From positions 2,070,001-2,102,000 of the forward strand of contig NC_014729.1 of NCBI RefSeq assembly GCF_000172995.2: DNA of 32,000 bases. The letters run 5' to 3'. The notes below the pieces were generated by a model. That model searched no databases, had not been told where the DNA came from, and was given only the letters and a program-made list of their open reading frames with translations. Position 1 is the first letter of the stretch. Each line of letters starts with the position of its first letter. The translations under genes were made by a program, and so were the position numbers. Source of the DNA: Halogeometricum borinquense DSM 11551 (GTDB lineage Archaea; Halobacteriota; Halobacteria; Halobacteriales; Haloferacaceae). This document shows, in pieces, positions 1-6,659 of the stretch.

Positions 1-438
1 GTAGTCGAGAAAGCCCGTCGCGGCCATCGCGCGGAGGAGTCTCGGGGGCGAGGAAACGGCGAGTTGTTCGAGTTCGGGGTTCGCTCGCCGGTACCCGGCG
101 TGCCACGTCTCCATGCTCCGCAGGCCGCCGTGTTCCAGTTGGACGGCGATTTTCCCGCCGTGGTCGTGAATCGCGTCCGTGAGACGGGACAGTTCGGAGA
201 CGAACGCGCGGTCGTGGACGCGAGTCATCCCCGGCGCGGCGCATCCGCCCTCGCCGCGGACGAGCGTCGCCCCCTGACAAATGAGCCCTGCACCGGCCTC
301 GGCGGCGGGTTCCAACTCCGAGATGAGACAGTCTACGGCGTCAGAGCCGTTCCCCGCACACTCCAGCAACGGCGACCGGTAGAGCCGGTTCGGCACCGTC
401 ACGCCGCCGATCTGGAATGGGGATTCGAGACGGGGCAT
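1..438 (-). CDS. NADH:flavin oxidoreductase (Old Yellow Enzyme family), N-terminal part; the gene runs off the left edge
   Basis: Absent from the ORF track because there is no in-window stop. The reverse complement of 438..361 reads ATG CCC CGT CTC GAA TCC... = MPRLESPFQIGGVTVPNRLYRSPLLE, and the frame stays open to base 1 (146 codons). The N-terminal F-x-IG...NR pattern is typical of OYE/NADH-oxidase TIM-barrel flavoenzymes. Confidence 0.65.
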   Translation of the reverse strand, partial: MPRLESPFQIGGVTVPNRLYRSPLLECAGNGSDAVDCLISELEPAAEAGAGLICQGATLVRGEGGCAAPGMTRVHDRAFVSELSRLTDAIHDHGGKIAVQLEHGGLRSMETWHAGYRRANPELEQLAVSSPPRLLRAMAATGFLDY

Positions 439-509
439 ACGCCATCACAGGGGGCGAGCGAGTATAGTTTCTCGGCCGATTCGACGCCGCTACTGGTCGG
501 TAGCGTGCG

Positions 510-1028
510 CTAGTCGGCCGACTCGCCACGGACCTCGCTCGCGGCGCGACGAATCGTCTCGGCCTCGTCCTCGCTGTAGGCGATGAAACGAACGTCTGAG
601 AGCGAGTTGGGGTCGTGGCCGTCGATGACCTCACAAATAATGCGCGCGCCGTCTTCGAGGGCGAACCCGGCGACGCCGCATCCGAGAGCGGGCATCACCA
701 GCGATTCACAGCCGAGTTCGTCGGCGCGCTCCAGCGAGTTGCGCGCGGCGTCGCGGATACTCTCGGCCGTCGCCTGCCCGTCGCCGTAGTGTGGCATCGC
801 GGCGGCGTGAATCACCCAGTCGGCGTCGAGTTCGAAGGCGTCCGTGACGGCAACCGCGCCGAGGTCAACCGGTCCCTCGGCCATCGCCGCCTCGTTCAAC
901 TCCGACCCACCGCCGCGTCTGAGCGCGCCCGCAACGCCCGACCCCATCCGAAGGCTCGTTCCGGCGGCGTTCACGAGTACGTCTGCGGATTGCTGTGCGA
1001 TGTCTCCGTGGACGACGCGAAACTCCAT
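510..1028 (-). CDS. Macro-domain protein (ADP-ribose binding / O-acetyl-ADP-ribose deacetylase-like)
   Basis: ORF 510..1172 trimmed to the internal ATG at 1028..1026 (MEFRVVHGDIAQQSADVLVNAAG...GSGVAGAL...MPALGCGVAGF). These are macro-domain signature stretches. The 48-aa upstream extension is Arg/Pro-rich and overlaps the 3' end of the peptidase gene. Confidence 0.85.
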   Translation of the reverse strand: MEFRVVHGDIAQQSADVLVNAAGTSLRMGSGVAGALRRGGGSELNEAAMAEGPVDLGAVAVTDAFELDADWVIHAAAMPHYGDGQATAESIRDAARNSLERADELGCESLVMPALGCGVAGFALEDGARIICEVIDGHDPNSLSDVRFIAYSEDEAETIRRAASEVRGESAD

Positions 1029-1105
1029 ACTTCGAGATTGCGTGCGAAGGGCAAAAATTCGGGTGCGGTCAGGTGGTGGGTTATCCGCTCGTGTCGCCGT
1101 CTTGA

Positions 1106-3289
1106 TTACTCGTGGGTCTCGTTTTCGGCTTTGTCGTCCGTCTCCACCGCCGGGTCGTGCCGTTCGTACCACGAGGTGATCTCGTCAAGCCGGTGGATGG
1201 CTCGGTCGGGGTCGCCGACGTTGTGATGTTCGTCGGGGTAGATGACGAGGCGCGCCTCGACGCCCTGCTTCTTGGCGCTGACGTACAACTGCTCGGACTG
1301 CGACGGTGGACACCGCCAGTCCTCGCCGCCCGCGATCACGAGAAGCGGCGTTCGAACGTTCCCGATATCGGTGATAGACGACGACGCCTCGAACCTCTCG
1401 GGGTTCTCCCACGGGACGCCGAACTCGTTGTCGGTCCAGATGTGACTGTCGTCGGTGCCGTACGCCGACCGCAGGTCGTAAATGCCGTGTTCCGGTGCGG
1501 CCGCGGTGAAGAGGTCGGGTTCCTGCGTAACGAGAAAGCCCTGTGCGATGCCGCCGTAGGAGAAGCCGTGACCGAAGATGCGATCCTCGGCGGCCCATCC
1601 GCGGGAGACAAGTTCGCGCACGCCGGCGGCGATATCCGTCACTTCAACGGTTCCCCACTGTCCGCGGAGTGCCTCCGCAAACTCGCGTCCGTACGATGAT
1701 CCACCGCGGTAGTTCGGCCGGAACACGAGGTAATCACGGGAGGTGAACACCGCGTGGGTGAATCTGAATACCGGTTCGTCGTAGTTGACCGGACCGCCGT
1801 GGATGGCGACGACCAACGGATGCGGATCTGGATCGTCGAAGTCGAACGACGGCGGCGCGTAGACGATGCCCTCGATTTCCTCGCCGTCGCTCTCGTAGGT
1901 GACCCGCCGAACTTTCGGCAGTTCGTACGTCTCGCGTAGTTCGGCGTTCAGGTCGGTCAGACGCGTCAGATCCGGAGTCGCGTCTATCGAGTCGAGATCG
2001 AATGCGTACAGATCCGATCCTTCGCTCGGATGCGACAGGTGGACGAGGGCGGTTCCGTTGGCCGTCTCGAGCGCTCGGCAGGCCCTGTCGTCGCCCTGCG
2101 CCGTGAACGTCCGTTCCGGCGCGTCCTCGTCCGCAGCGAATCGCACCGGGCGCGTCTTACCTTCGTCACCGATGAGAGCATAGAGCGTCTCGTTGTCCAC
2201 CCAGTTCGGTTCCGAAAAGGAGAGGGTGCGGTCGAGCGACGCTGAAACACTCTCGTAGGCGTCATCTGCGGCGTCGGCGTCGGTGACGTACAGTTGGTCG
2301 GGGAGATGCCAGTTCTCGGCGTCGCCGCCGTTGAACGCGAGTCGGCTTCCGTCGGGGGACCACTGAGGGAGGAGTGTGACACGCTCGCCGTCGGTGTGGC
2401 GTCGTTTCTCCGACCCATCCGGTCGGATGGAGTAGACGTCGCGGATAAACGTATCATCACTTCTCTCGCCCTCGTAGGCGGTGTAGGCGATGCGGTCGTT
2501 CGGCCCCCACGTAGGCATCATCCCGAACTGGTCATCGGACGCGCCGCCCCCTCGTGCGTCGTCGAGGCGTCCCGTGTCGCCCGACTCCGCATCCACGACG
2601 AACAGATACGTCGTGACGGTGTCGAGATAGCCTGCGCCGTCGAATTTGTGCTGGAGTCGCTCCGTCTCGATAGGGCCTCCCTCGCGCCGTTCGTCCAGAT
2701 ACTCGCGTTCCTCCTCAGTCGGGTCGCGCGCCGAGACGACCATTCGGTCGCCATCGGGCGACCAGTCGAACGCTTTCACACCGTCATCGAAGTCAGTCAC
2801 CTGCCGGGCGTCGCCACCGAGTGCGAGATCGAACACCCAGACTTGTGGTTTGGGTTCGTCGTCGCCGGCGGACTGGTGTTCGTCTTCGGACGCACCGTCG
2901 GACTCGCCGTCTTCGGACGTACCGTCAAGCTCATCCGCTTCGATGTCGGCTTCGTCCCGGTCGCCGCTCGTTGCCTCGATATCGTCGTCCGCTGTTTCCT
3001 CGTCGCGGCTTCGGCCGACTCGTCGTGCAGTGTCCTCTGTCCGGGCGGCGACGAAGGCGAGTCGATCACCGTCGGGACTCCACGTCGGACTGGCGGCGGT
3101 GGAGACGCGCGTCAGCCGATGTGGCTCACGGCTTCCATCGGTCGGGACGACGAACAACGAGGCGAGCCGTTCGTCCTCGTCGGGATCAGACTCGCTTGCG
3201 ACGAATGCGGCGCGGTCTCCTGTCGGTGAGAGGGCAACCGCTGAGAGGCTGGTCAGGTCGTAGAACGTCTCGGTTGGAACGGGGTCCAT
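1106..3289 (-). CDS. S9 family serine peptidase (prolyl oligopeptidase / acylaminoacyl-peptidase type): N-terminal beta-propeller plus C-terminal alpha/beta hydrolase
   Basis: 727-aa ORF with ATG at 3289. It has repeated WSPDG propeller motifs (TWSPDGDRLAF, DWSPDGDRMVV, QWSPDGSRLAF), the nucleophile elbow GFSYGG, and a C-terminal GGEDWRCP...DEHH catalytic Asp/His region. A long acidic insertion lies at about 2860-3030. Confidence 0.9.
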   Translation of the reverse strand: MDPVPTETFYDLTSLSAVALSPTGDRAAFVASESDPDEDERLASLFVVPTDGSREPHRLTRVSTAASPTWSPDGDRLAFVAARTEDTARRVGRSRDEETADDDIEATSGDRDEADIEADELDGTSEDGESDGASEDEHQSAGDDEPKPQVWVFDLALGGDARQVTDFDDGVKAFDWSPDGDRMVVSARDPTEEEREYLDERREGGPIETERLQHKFDGAGYLDTVTTYLFVVDAESGDTGRLDDARGGGASDDQFGMMPTWGPNDRIAYTAYEGERSDDTFIRDVYSIRPDGSEKRRHTDGERVTLLPQWSPDGSRLAFNGGDAENWHLPDQLYVTDADAADDAYESVSASLDRTLSFSEPNWVDNETLYALIGDEGKTRPVRFAADEDAPERTFTAQGDDRACRALETANGTALVHLSHPSEGSDLYAFDLDSIDATPDLTRLTDLNAELRETYELPKVRRVTYESDGEEIEGIVYAPPSFDFDDPDPHPLVVAIHGGPVNYDEPVFRFTHAVFTSRDYLVFRPNYRGGSSYGREFAEALRGQWGTVEVTDIAAGVRELVSRGWAAEDRIFGHGFSYGGIAQGFLVTQEPDLFTAAAPEHGIYDLRSAYGTDDSHIWTDNEFGVPWENPERFEASSSITDIGNVRTPLLVIAGGEDWRCPPSQSEQLYVSAKKQGVEARLVIYPDEHHNVGDPDRAIHRLDEITSWYERHDPAVETDDKAENETHE

Positions 3290-3384
3290 GCCATGTCACG
3301 CGCCTGCACGTGGCAAATGTATTAGGGAACCGGAAGGTGGAGTGAACCGAACGGCTCTTTCCCTCCGACCTCGGACCCGACGAC

Positions 3385-4188
3385 ATGGATGACTTCGTCA
3401 CTGCCGACGGCCCGGACCTCGACTCGTTGGCAGCCGTCGCCACTCGCGCTGTCCGCGCTGGAGGCGACTACCTCGAAGACGCCTTCCGAGACGGGTCGGT
3501 TCCGGGTGACTACGGCACCGACGACGTGAAAACCGCCGCAGACCGCGCCGCCGAAGAACGAGTTCTCGACGTTATCCGAGAGTCGTTCCCCGACCACGCC
3601 CTGCACGGCGAGGAGTCCGGCCGAAACGGAGACCACCACTACGAGTGGGTCGTTGACCCGCTCGACGGGACGAACAACTTCGCGGCTGGACTGCCGGCGT
3701 TCGCCACCGCGGCGTGCGTCCTACGCGACGGCGACCCCGTCGTCTCGGCAATCTACGAACCGCTTCCCGATTCAACCTACGTCGCCCGACGCGGCGCGGG
3801 TGCGACGGTAGACGGCGAACCGGTGTCGGCAGAGAGCGATGTCTCTCTCGAACACGGGACTGTCTCGTTCGTCGTCGGCCTCCCTGCCATCCGCGACGAA
3901 GAGCTTGCAGCGACGGCGGACCGAATCGAATCGGCCGTCGAAGACCGATGCAAGCGCGTCGTTTCGACGTGGTCTCCGTGCGTCGATTGGGGACTGCTCG
4001 CCCGCGGCGGGTTGGAAGGTATCGTCTGCTTCTACCCGGACGTGTACGAACAACACGCGGGCGAACTTCTCGCCGCCGAAAGCGGCGTCTACTCGCACGG
4101 AACCGGCACTGACGGCCTCTACGTCGGCGCGACGGACGAGGAGACGGCCGCGGAACTCCATACTGTCACCGAATCTGTTCTCGACTGA
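3385..4188 (+). CDS. Inositol monophosphatase family protein (IMPase/FBPase-like)
   Basis: 267-aa ORF with ATG start. It carries the IMPase motifs HGEESG and WVVDPLDGTNNF, plus a C-terminal WSPCVDW-type motif. Confidence 0.9.
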   Translation: MDDFVTADGPDLDSLAAVATRAVRAGGDYLEDAFRDGSVPGDYGTDDVKTAADRAAEERVLDVIRESFPDHALHGEESGRNGDHHYEWVVDPLDGTNNFAAGLPAFATAACVLRDGDPVVSAIYEPLPDSTYVARRGAGATVDGEPVSAESDVSLEHGTVSFVVGLPAIRDEELAATADRIESAVEDRCKRVVSTWSPCVDWGLLARGGLEGIVCFYPDVYEQHAGELLAAESGVYSHGTGTDGLYVGATDEETAAELHTVTESVLD

Positions 4189-4304
4189 CACAGAGCTAGT
4201 GTTCAAATACGGTCAAAAGGTGGTTCACGGACGTTTGTTGGTTGAATACGTGCGGGAAGCTATCGCATGTATGCTAGATTGATGTTCCCTCATTGCCGTA
4301 CCGT

Positions 4305-4853
4305 CTATTCACAGTCTTCGATAGCGGCATCCAACTCTGCCAAGGACTGTTCAAACTCCTCAAGCAACTCCATACCCCATTCGACAGGCATTGAGCGGAC
4401 ATCGTTGACGTACTCGTGCGCTGCTTCGCTTACCGCTCGGCAGAACTCACACCGCTTAACAACGTAACCACAGGCGCTTTCTGGATCAGCTGATGGCGTC
4501 TTCGAAGTTGAGTGATCTCTCGACTCGCGTATCCGATATGCAACGCGCAACGCTCCCTCTGAAAGCGGTTCCAAGAGTAGATATGATTTGCTGGGAGGGA
4601 ATGTTATTTCTTTAGTTTGGTATATATCTAACTCATTCCTTGCTAGCATACTACTTGCATCGATCAATCTTTGGAAATCTGTCTGAATATATTGTCCCAT
4701 ATAGGTGGGCTTCCACTCATATCTTGACTCAAAATTGTCTTCATTGACCACTCGGGCAATCGAATCGTCATTTACTGTTACTGCGATTCCGCCCAAGAGA
4801 TCGTTTATATCTATTACTTCCTCTTTTATCGAATAGTCTACTGACACATTCAT
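4305..4853 (-). CDS. Hypothetical acidic 182-aa protein (islet gene D; candidate immunity/partner of gene C)
   Basis: ATG at 4853..4851 overlaps the TGA of the upstream ORF (plus strand tcat 4850-4853 = ATGA). The region is AT-rich (a hand count of 4621-4680 gives 20/60 G+C). I recognise no family. There is a Cys cluster, CGYVVKRCEFC...H. Confidence 0.6.
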   Translation of the reverse strand: MNVSVDYSIKEEVIDINDLLGGIAVTVNDDSIARVVNEDNFESRYEWKPTYMGQYIQTDFQRLIDASSMLARNELDIYQTKEITFPPSKSYLLLEPLSEGALRVAYRIRESRDHSTSKTPSADPESACGYVVKRCEFCRAVSEAAHEYVNDVRSMPVEWGMELLEEFEQSLAELDAAIEDCE

Positions 4854-5308
4854 TGATTCTCACCACTAGCAAACGCTGTTTGTACTATGCCTGAGTCAGA
4901 ATTCCGTCTGACATGGATCTGACTAATATCATATTTGTCCAACTTATGACCGTCATAGACTAGCTCTCCAGAATTTCCTCCAACTTCACCCTCTTCGATA
5001 GCTGTTTCAATGACTTGTTTGATATCTGCTGGACCCATGGTTTCGGGAAACGCCTCCTCTACACTTTCCATTGCGGTCCCGGGTGAGATAGGCCAATCAC
5101 CACCAGCAGCAGGATGTCCATGCCTTGCGACAATGTGTTTAAAATCGTGCATACTATCCCCGGTTAGATCAATATCCTCATCCCATTTATCGGAATCCAG
5201 CACATAATGAGGACGATCTCCGTCGCGGTGTGAAATAATCTCGATATCTTCAAGTCCGATTTCAGCGCCGCTTTTCAATTTTCCTTTTCTCGATAATTTG
5301 TGATTCAA
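4850..5308 (-). CDS. Hypothetical 152-aa ORF (islet gene C) with no ATG start; probably the detached C-terminal domain of the orphan DUF4157 module upstream
   Basis: The track 'M' at 5308 is a TTG, and the first ATG is at codon 53. The same frame is open upstream to a stop at 5429-5431, so it overlaps the end of ORF 5377..5766. I recognise no family. Contains DFKHIVARHGHPAAGG. Confidence 0.5.
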   Translation of the reverse strand: MNHKLSRKGKLKSGAEIGLEDIEIISHRDGDRPHYVLDSDKWDEDIDLTGDSMHDFKHIVARHGHPAAGGDWPISPGTAMESVEEAFPETMGPADIKQVIETAIEEGEVGGNSGELVYDGHKLDKYDISQIHVRRNSDSGIVQTAFASGENQ

Positions 5309-5376
5309 CCCCGTAAGCTGTCCTGCAAGTTGTGATAGGAATTCGTTGATATTCGAAAAATCATCTGTTCTTTCAA

Positions 5377-5766
5377 CTATCGAACTAATTCTGATTTCTG
5401 TTCGGAATCGAGTTCCCCCTGTAATTGATCAGCGGACTTCATCCGCTGGACGTGTACTTCAGCCTTGGACACCCGATGTACACCAATCTTCCAACCCTCT
5501 ACCACGCGTTGGGCAGTGTCCTCGGCTTCGCGTTCGAGACGCTCATCGGGGTCAATCTCTAACTCGCCCGCTTGGGGGAGCATCGACACCGCGCCACCAG
5601 TCTGCTGGCGCACGTGCGCGAGTTCGTGGGCGAGAATATGCTGACCTTCAGCACTCGATGGATCGTATTCGCCGTGGTTGAACGCGATGTGATTGCCGAC
5701 AGTAAAGGCACGAGCGTTGATGTCTTCACAGGCTTTCGCGGCCGATGGACCCGTGTGAATACGCAC
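5377..5766 (-). CDS. Orphan DUF4157 (HExxH zincin-like) module, a truncated paralog of the 6656..8176 protein; it has no ATG and may be a silent or frameshifted cassette
   Basis: The sequence VRIHTGPSAAKACEDINARAFTVGNHIAFNHGEYDPSSAEGQHILAHELAHVRQQ is almost identical to residues in the large protein. The track start is a GTG, which is the V of the conserved D-V-R-I-H. Homology starts about 9 nt after the stop of the preceding gene (5799-5801). After HVQR only 21 unrelated residues follow before TAG at 5377-5379. Confidence 0.6.
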   Translation of the reverse strand: MRIHTGPSAAKACEDINARAFTVGNHIAFNHGEYDPSSAEGQHILAHELAHVRQQTGGAVSMLPQAGELEIDPDERLEREAEDTAQRVVEGWKIGVHRVSKAEVHVQRMKSADQLQGELDSEQKSELVR

Positions 5767-5790
5767 GTCACCGAGCGAGCCACCTATCCG
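5443..5790 (-). repeat. Direct repeat copy 2 (DUF4157-encoding block)
   Basis: Aligns with 7340..7687 at a constant offset of 1897 bp. I counted 7 mismatches in the 120 nt 5581-5700 against 7478-7597. The protein level shows about 13 differences over 108 aa. Confidence 0.85.
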
Positions 5791-5798
5791 ATAACCCG

Positions 5799-6659
5799 TT
5801 ATTTGTTGTCTGCGACTGCGCCTGCAATTTTGGCCATTTCTTTCCCCTGTTCGCCGAAGCCATAATCGAATTCGAGCGAATAGCCCGGGATGTCCGCGTG
5901 CAGTTTATGATATGGCCGATACGGACGATCCTCGTAGAGATATCGTGTCGCAGCGTCGTAGAGCCCCGGACCGATCACTCGGTACTGTTCTGGTGGCTCT
6001 TCCCCTCGAAGGAGATAGCAGTCTCGGATTTGGCAGCGGAGATGATAGACGAAAAACTCCTGAGCAACCTCCAGTGATGGCAAGTAGTTGGGTTTCAGTT
6101 GTAATCGGGCGTCAGGATCTCGATTGAGGGGCTGATCGCCGAGAACCACCTGCCTCTCCCGGTTGTCATCCAGATAGAGGAAATGAATGTCCGACACCGC
6201 TTCGATCCGGCCAGCTTCATCCAGATAGACATCGAGCAGATACAGAACGAACTCGTCGTCACCGACGGCATCGGGCTCCGGAACTGGCGCGGTCACGTTC
6301 GGGAGCCGACTGTTGATCTGATCGAAGTACGTCCCGAAGTACTTCTCGAAGTCCTCGTCCGAGAGCGACTCGATGGCTGTTTGGACCCGCTGCATCGCCG
6401 CAGTGTCTCGGTCCCACGGAAGCACGTCGTATCCCTTCTCTTTGGCGACGTAGTACTTGGCATACCGGCGCGCCTGGCTCACGTACTCGTTTTCTTTCCC
6501 AGTACGTTTGGCTGGGTCGTCCGGGTAGCCGTCTTGGGAATGGCCCTGGATTTCTCCATCGAACCCAACTGCAACGGTATGTTCCGTCTCATCGTTATCA
6601 TGGACTCTCACCCCAATTCCTTTATTATCTTGGTCGATGATTTTTGCATTCATATTCAT
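5799..6659 (-). CDS. Hypothetical acidic 286-aa protein (islet gene B; candidate immunity/partner of the DUF4157 protein)
   Basis: ATG at 6659..6657 overlaps the TGA of the upstream gene (plus strand tcat 6656-6659 = ATGA). It has no TM segment and no motif I recognise. Confidence 0.7.
   Translation of the reverse strand: MNMNAKIIDQDNKGIGVRVHDNDETEHTVAVGFDGEIQGHSQDGYPDDPAKRTGKENEYVSQARRYAKYYVAKEKGYDVLPWDRDTAAMQRVQTAIESLSDEDFEKYFGTYFDQINSRLPNVTAPVPEPDAVGDDEFVLYLLDVYLDEAGRIEAVSDIHFLYLDDNRERQVVLGDQPLNRDPDARLQLKPNYLPSLEVAQEFFVYHLRCQIRDCYLLRGEEPPEQYRVIGPGLYDAATRYLYEDRPYRPYHKLHADIPGYSLEFDYGFGEQGKEMAKIAGAVADNK

Noticed and set aside
64-513. 149-aa plus-strand ORF at the left edge
   Set aside because: It is antisense to a much better minus-strand reading frame (OYE-like MPRLESPFQIGGVTVPNRLY...). 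Its translation is Arg/Pro/Val-rich with no motif. This is a typical shadow ORF of GC-rich DNA.
2294-3229. 311-aa plus-strand ORF, with several others at 1112-3345
   Set aside because: It lies entirely antisense to, or out of frame within, the S9 peptidase gene. Its composition is Arg/Val/Gly-rich and lacks halophile-like acidity.
4189-4304. att sites, a tRNA fragment or terminal repeats marking the islet borders (compared with 8177-8404)
   Set aside because: I could find no shared direct repeat between the two borders, no tRNA-like sequence and no integrase or transposase ORF. The mechanism of acquisition therefore remains unknown.
4850-5308. Assigning gene C to a named toxin family (HEPN R-x4-6-H, EndoU, DUF4258-like RNase) on the basis of the HIVARHGH patch
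   Set aside because: The spacing does not fit the HEPN Rx4-6H motif, and I cannot match any other family signature by eye. I left it as unknown; a profile or structure search is needed.
5767-5904. The possibility that gene B and the orphan DUF4157 module form one fused gene, since the A' frame is open upstream to 5904
   Set aside because: Gene B ends in a clear TAA (5801-5799) in a different frame. The upstream part of the A' frame translates to basic junk (…RRTGERNGQNCRRSRRQQ…) that overlaps the C-terminus of B. Homology to gene A begins only at about 5790.
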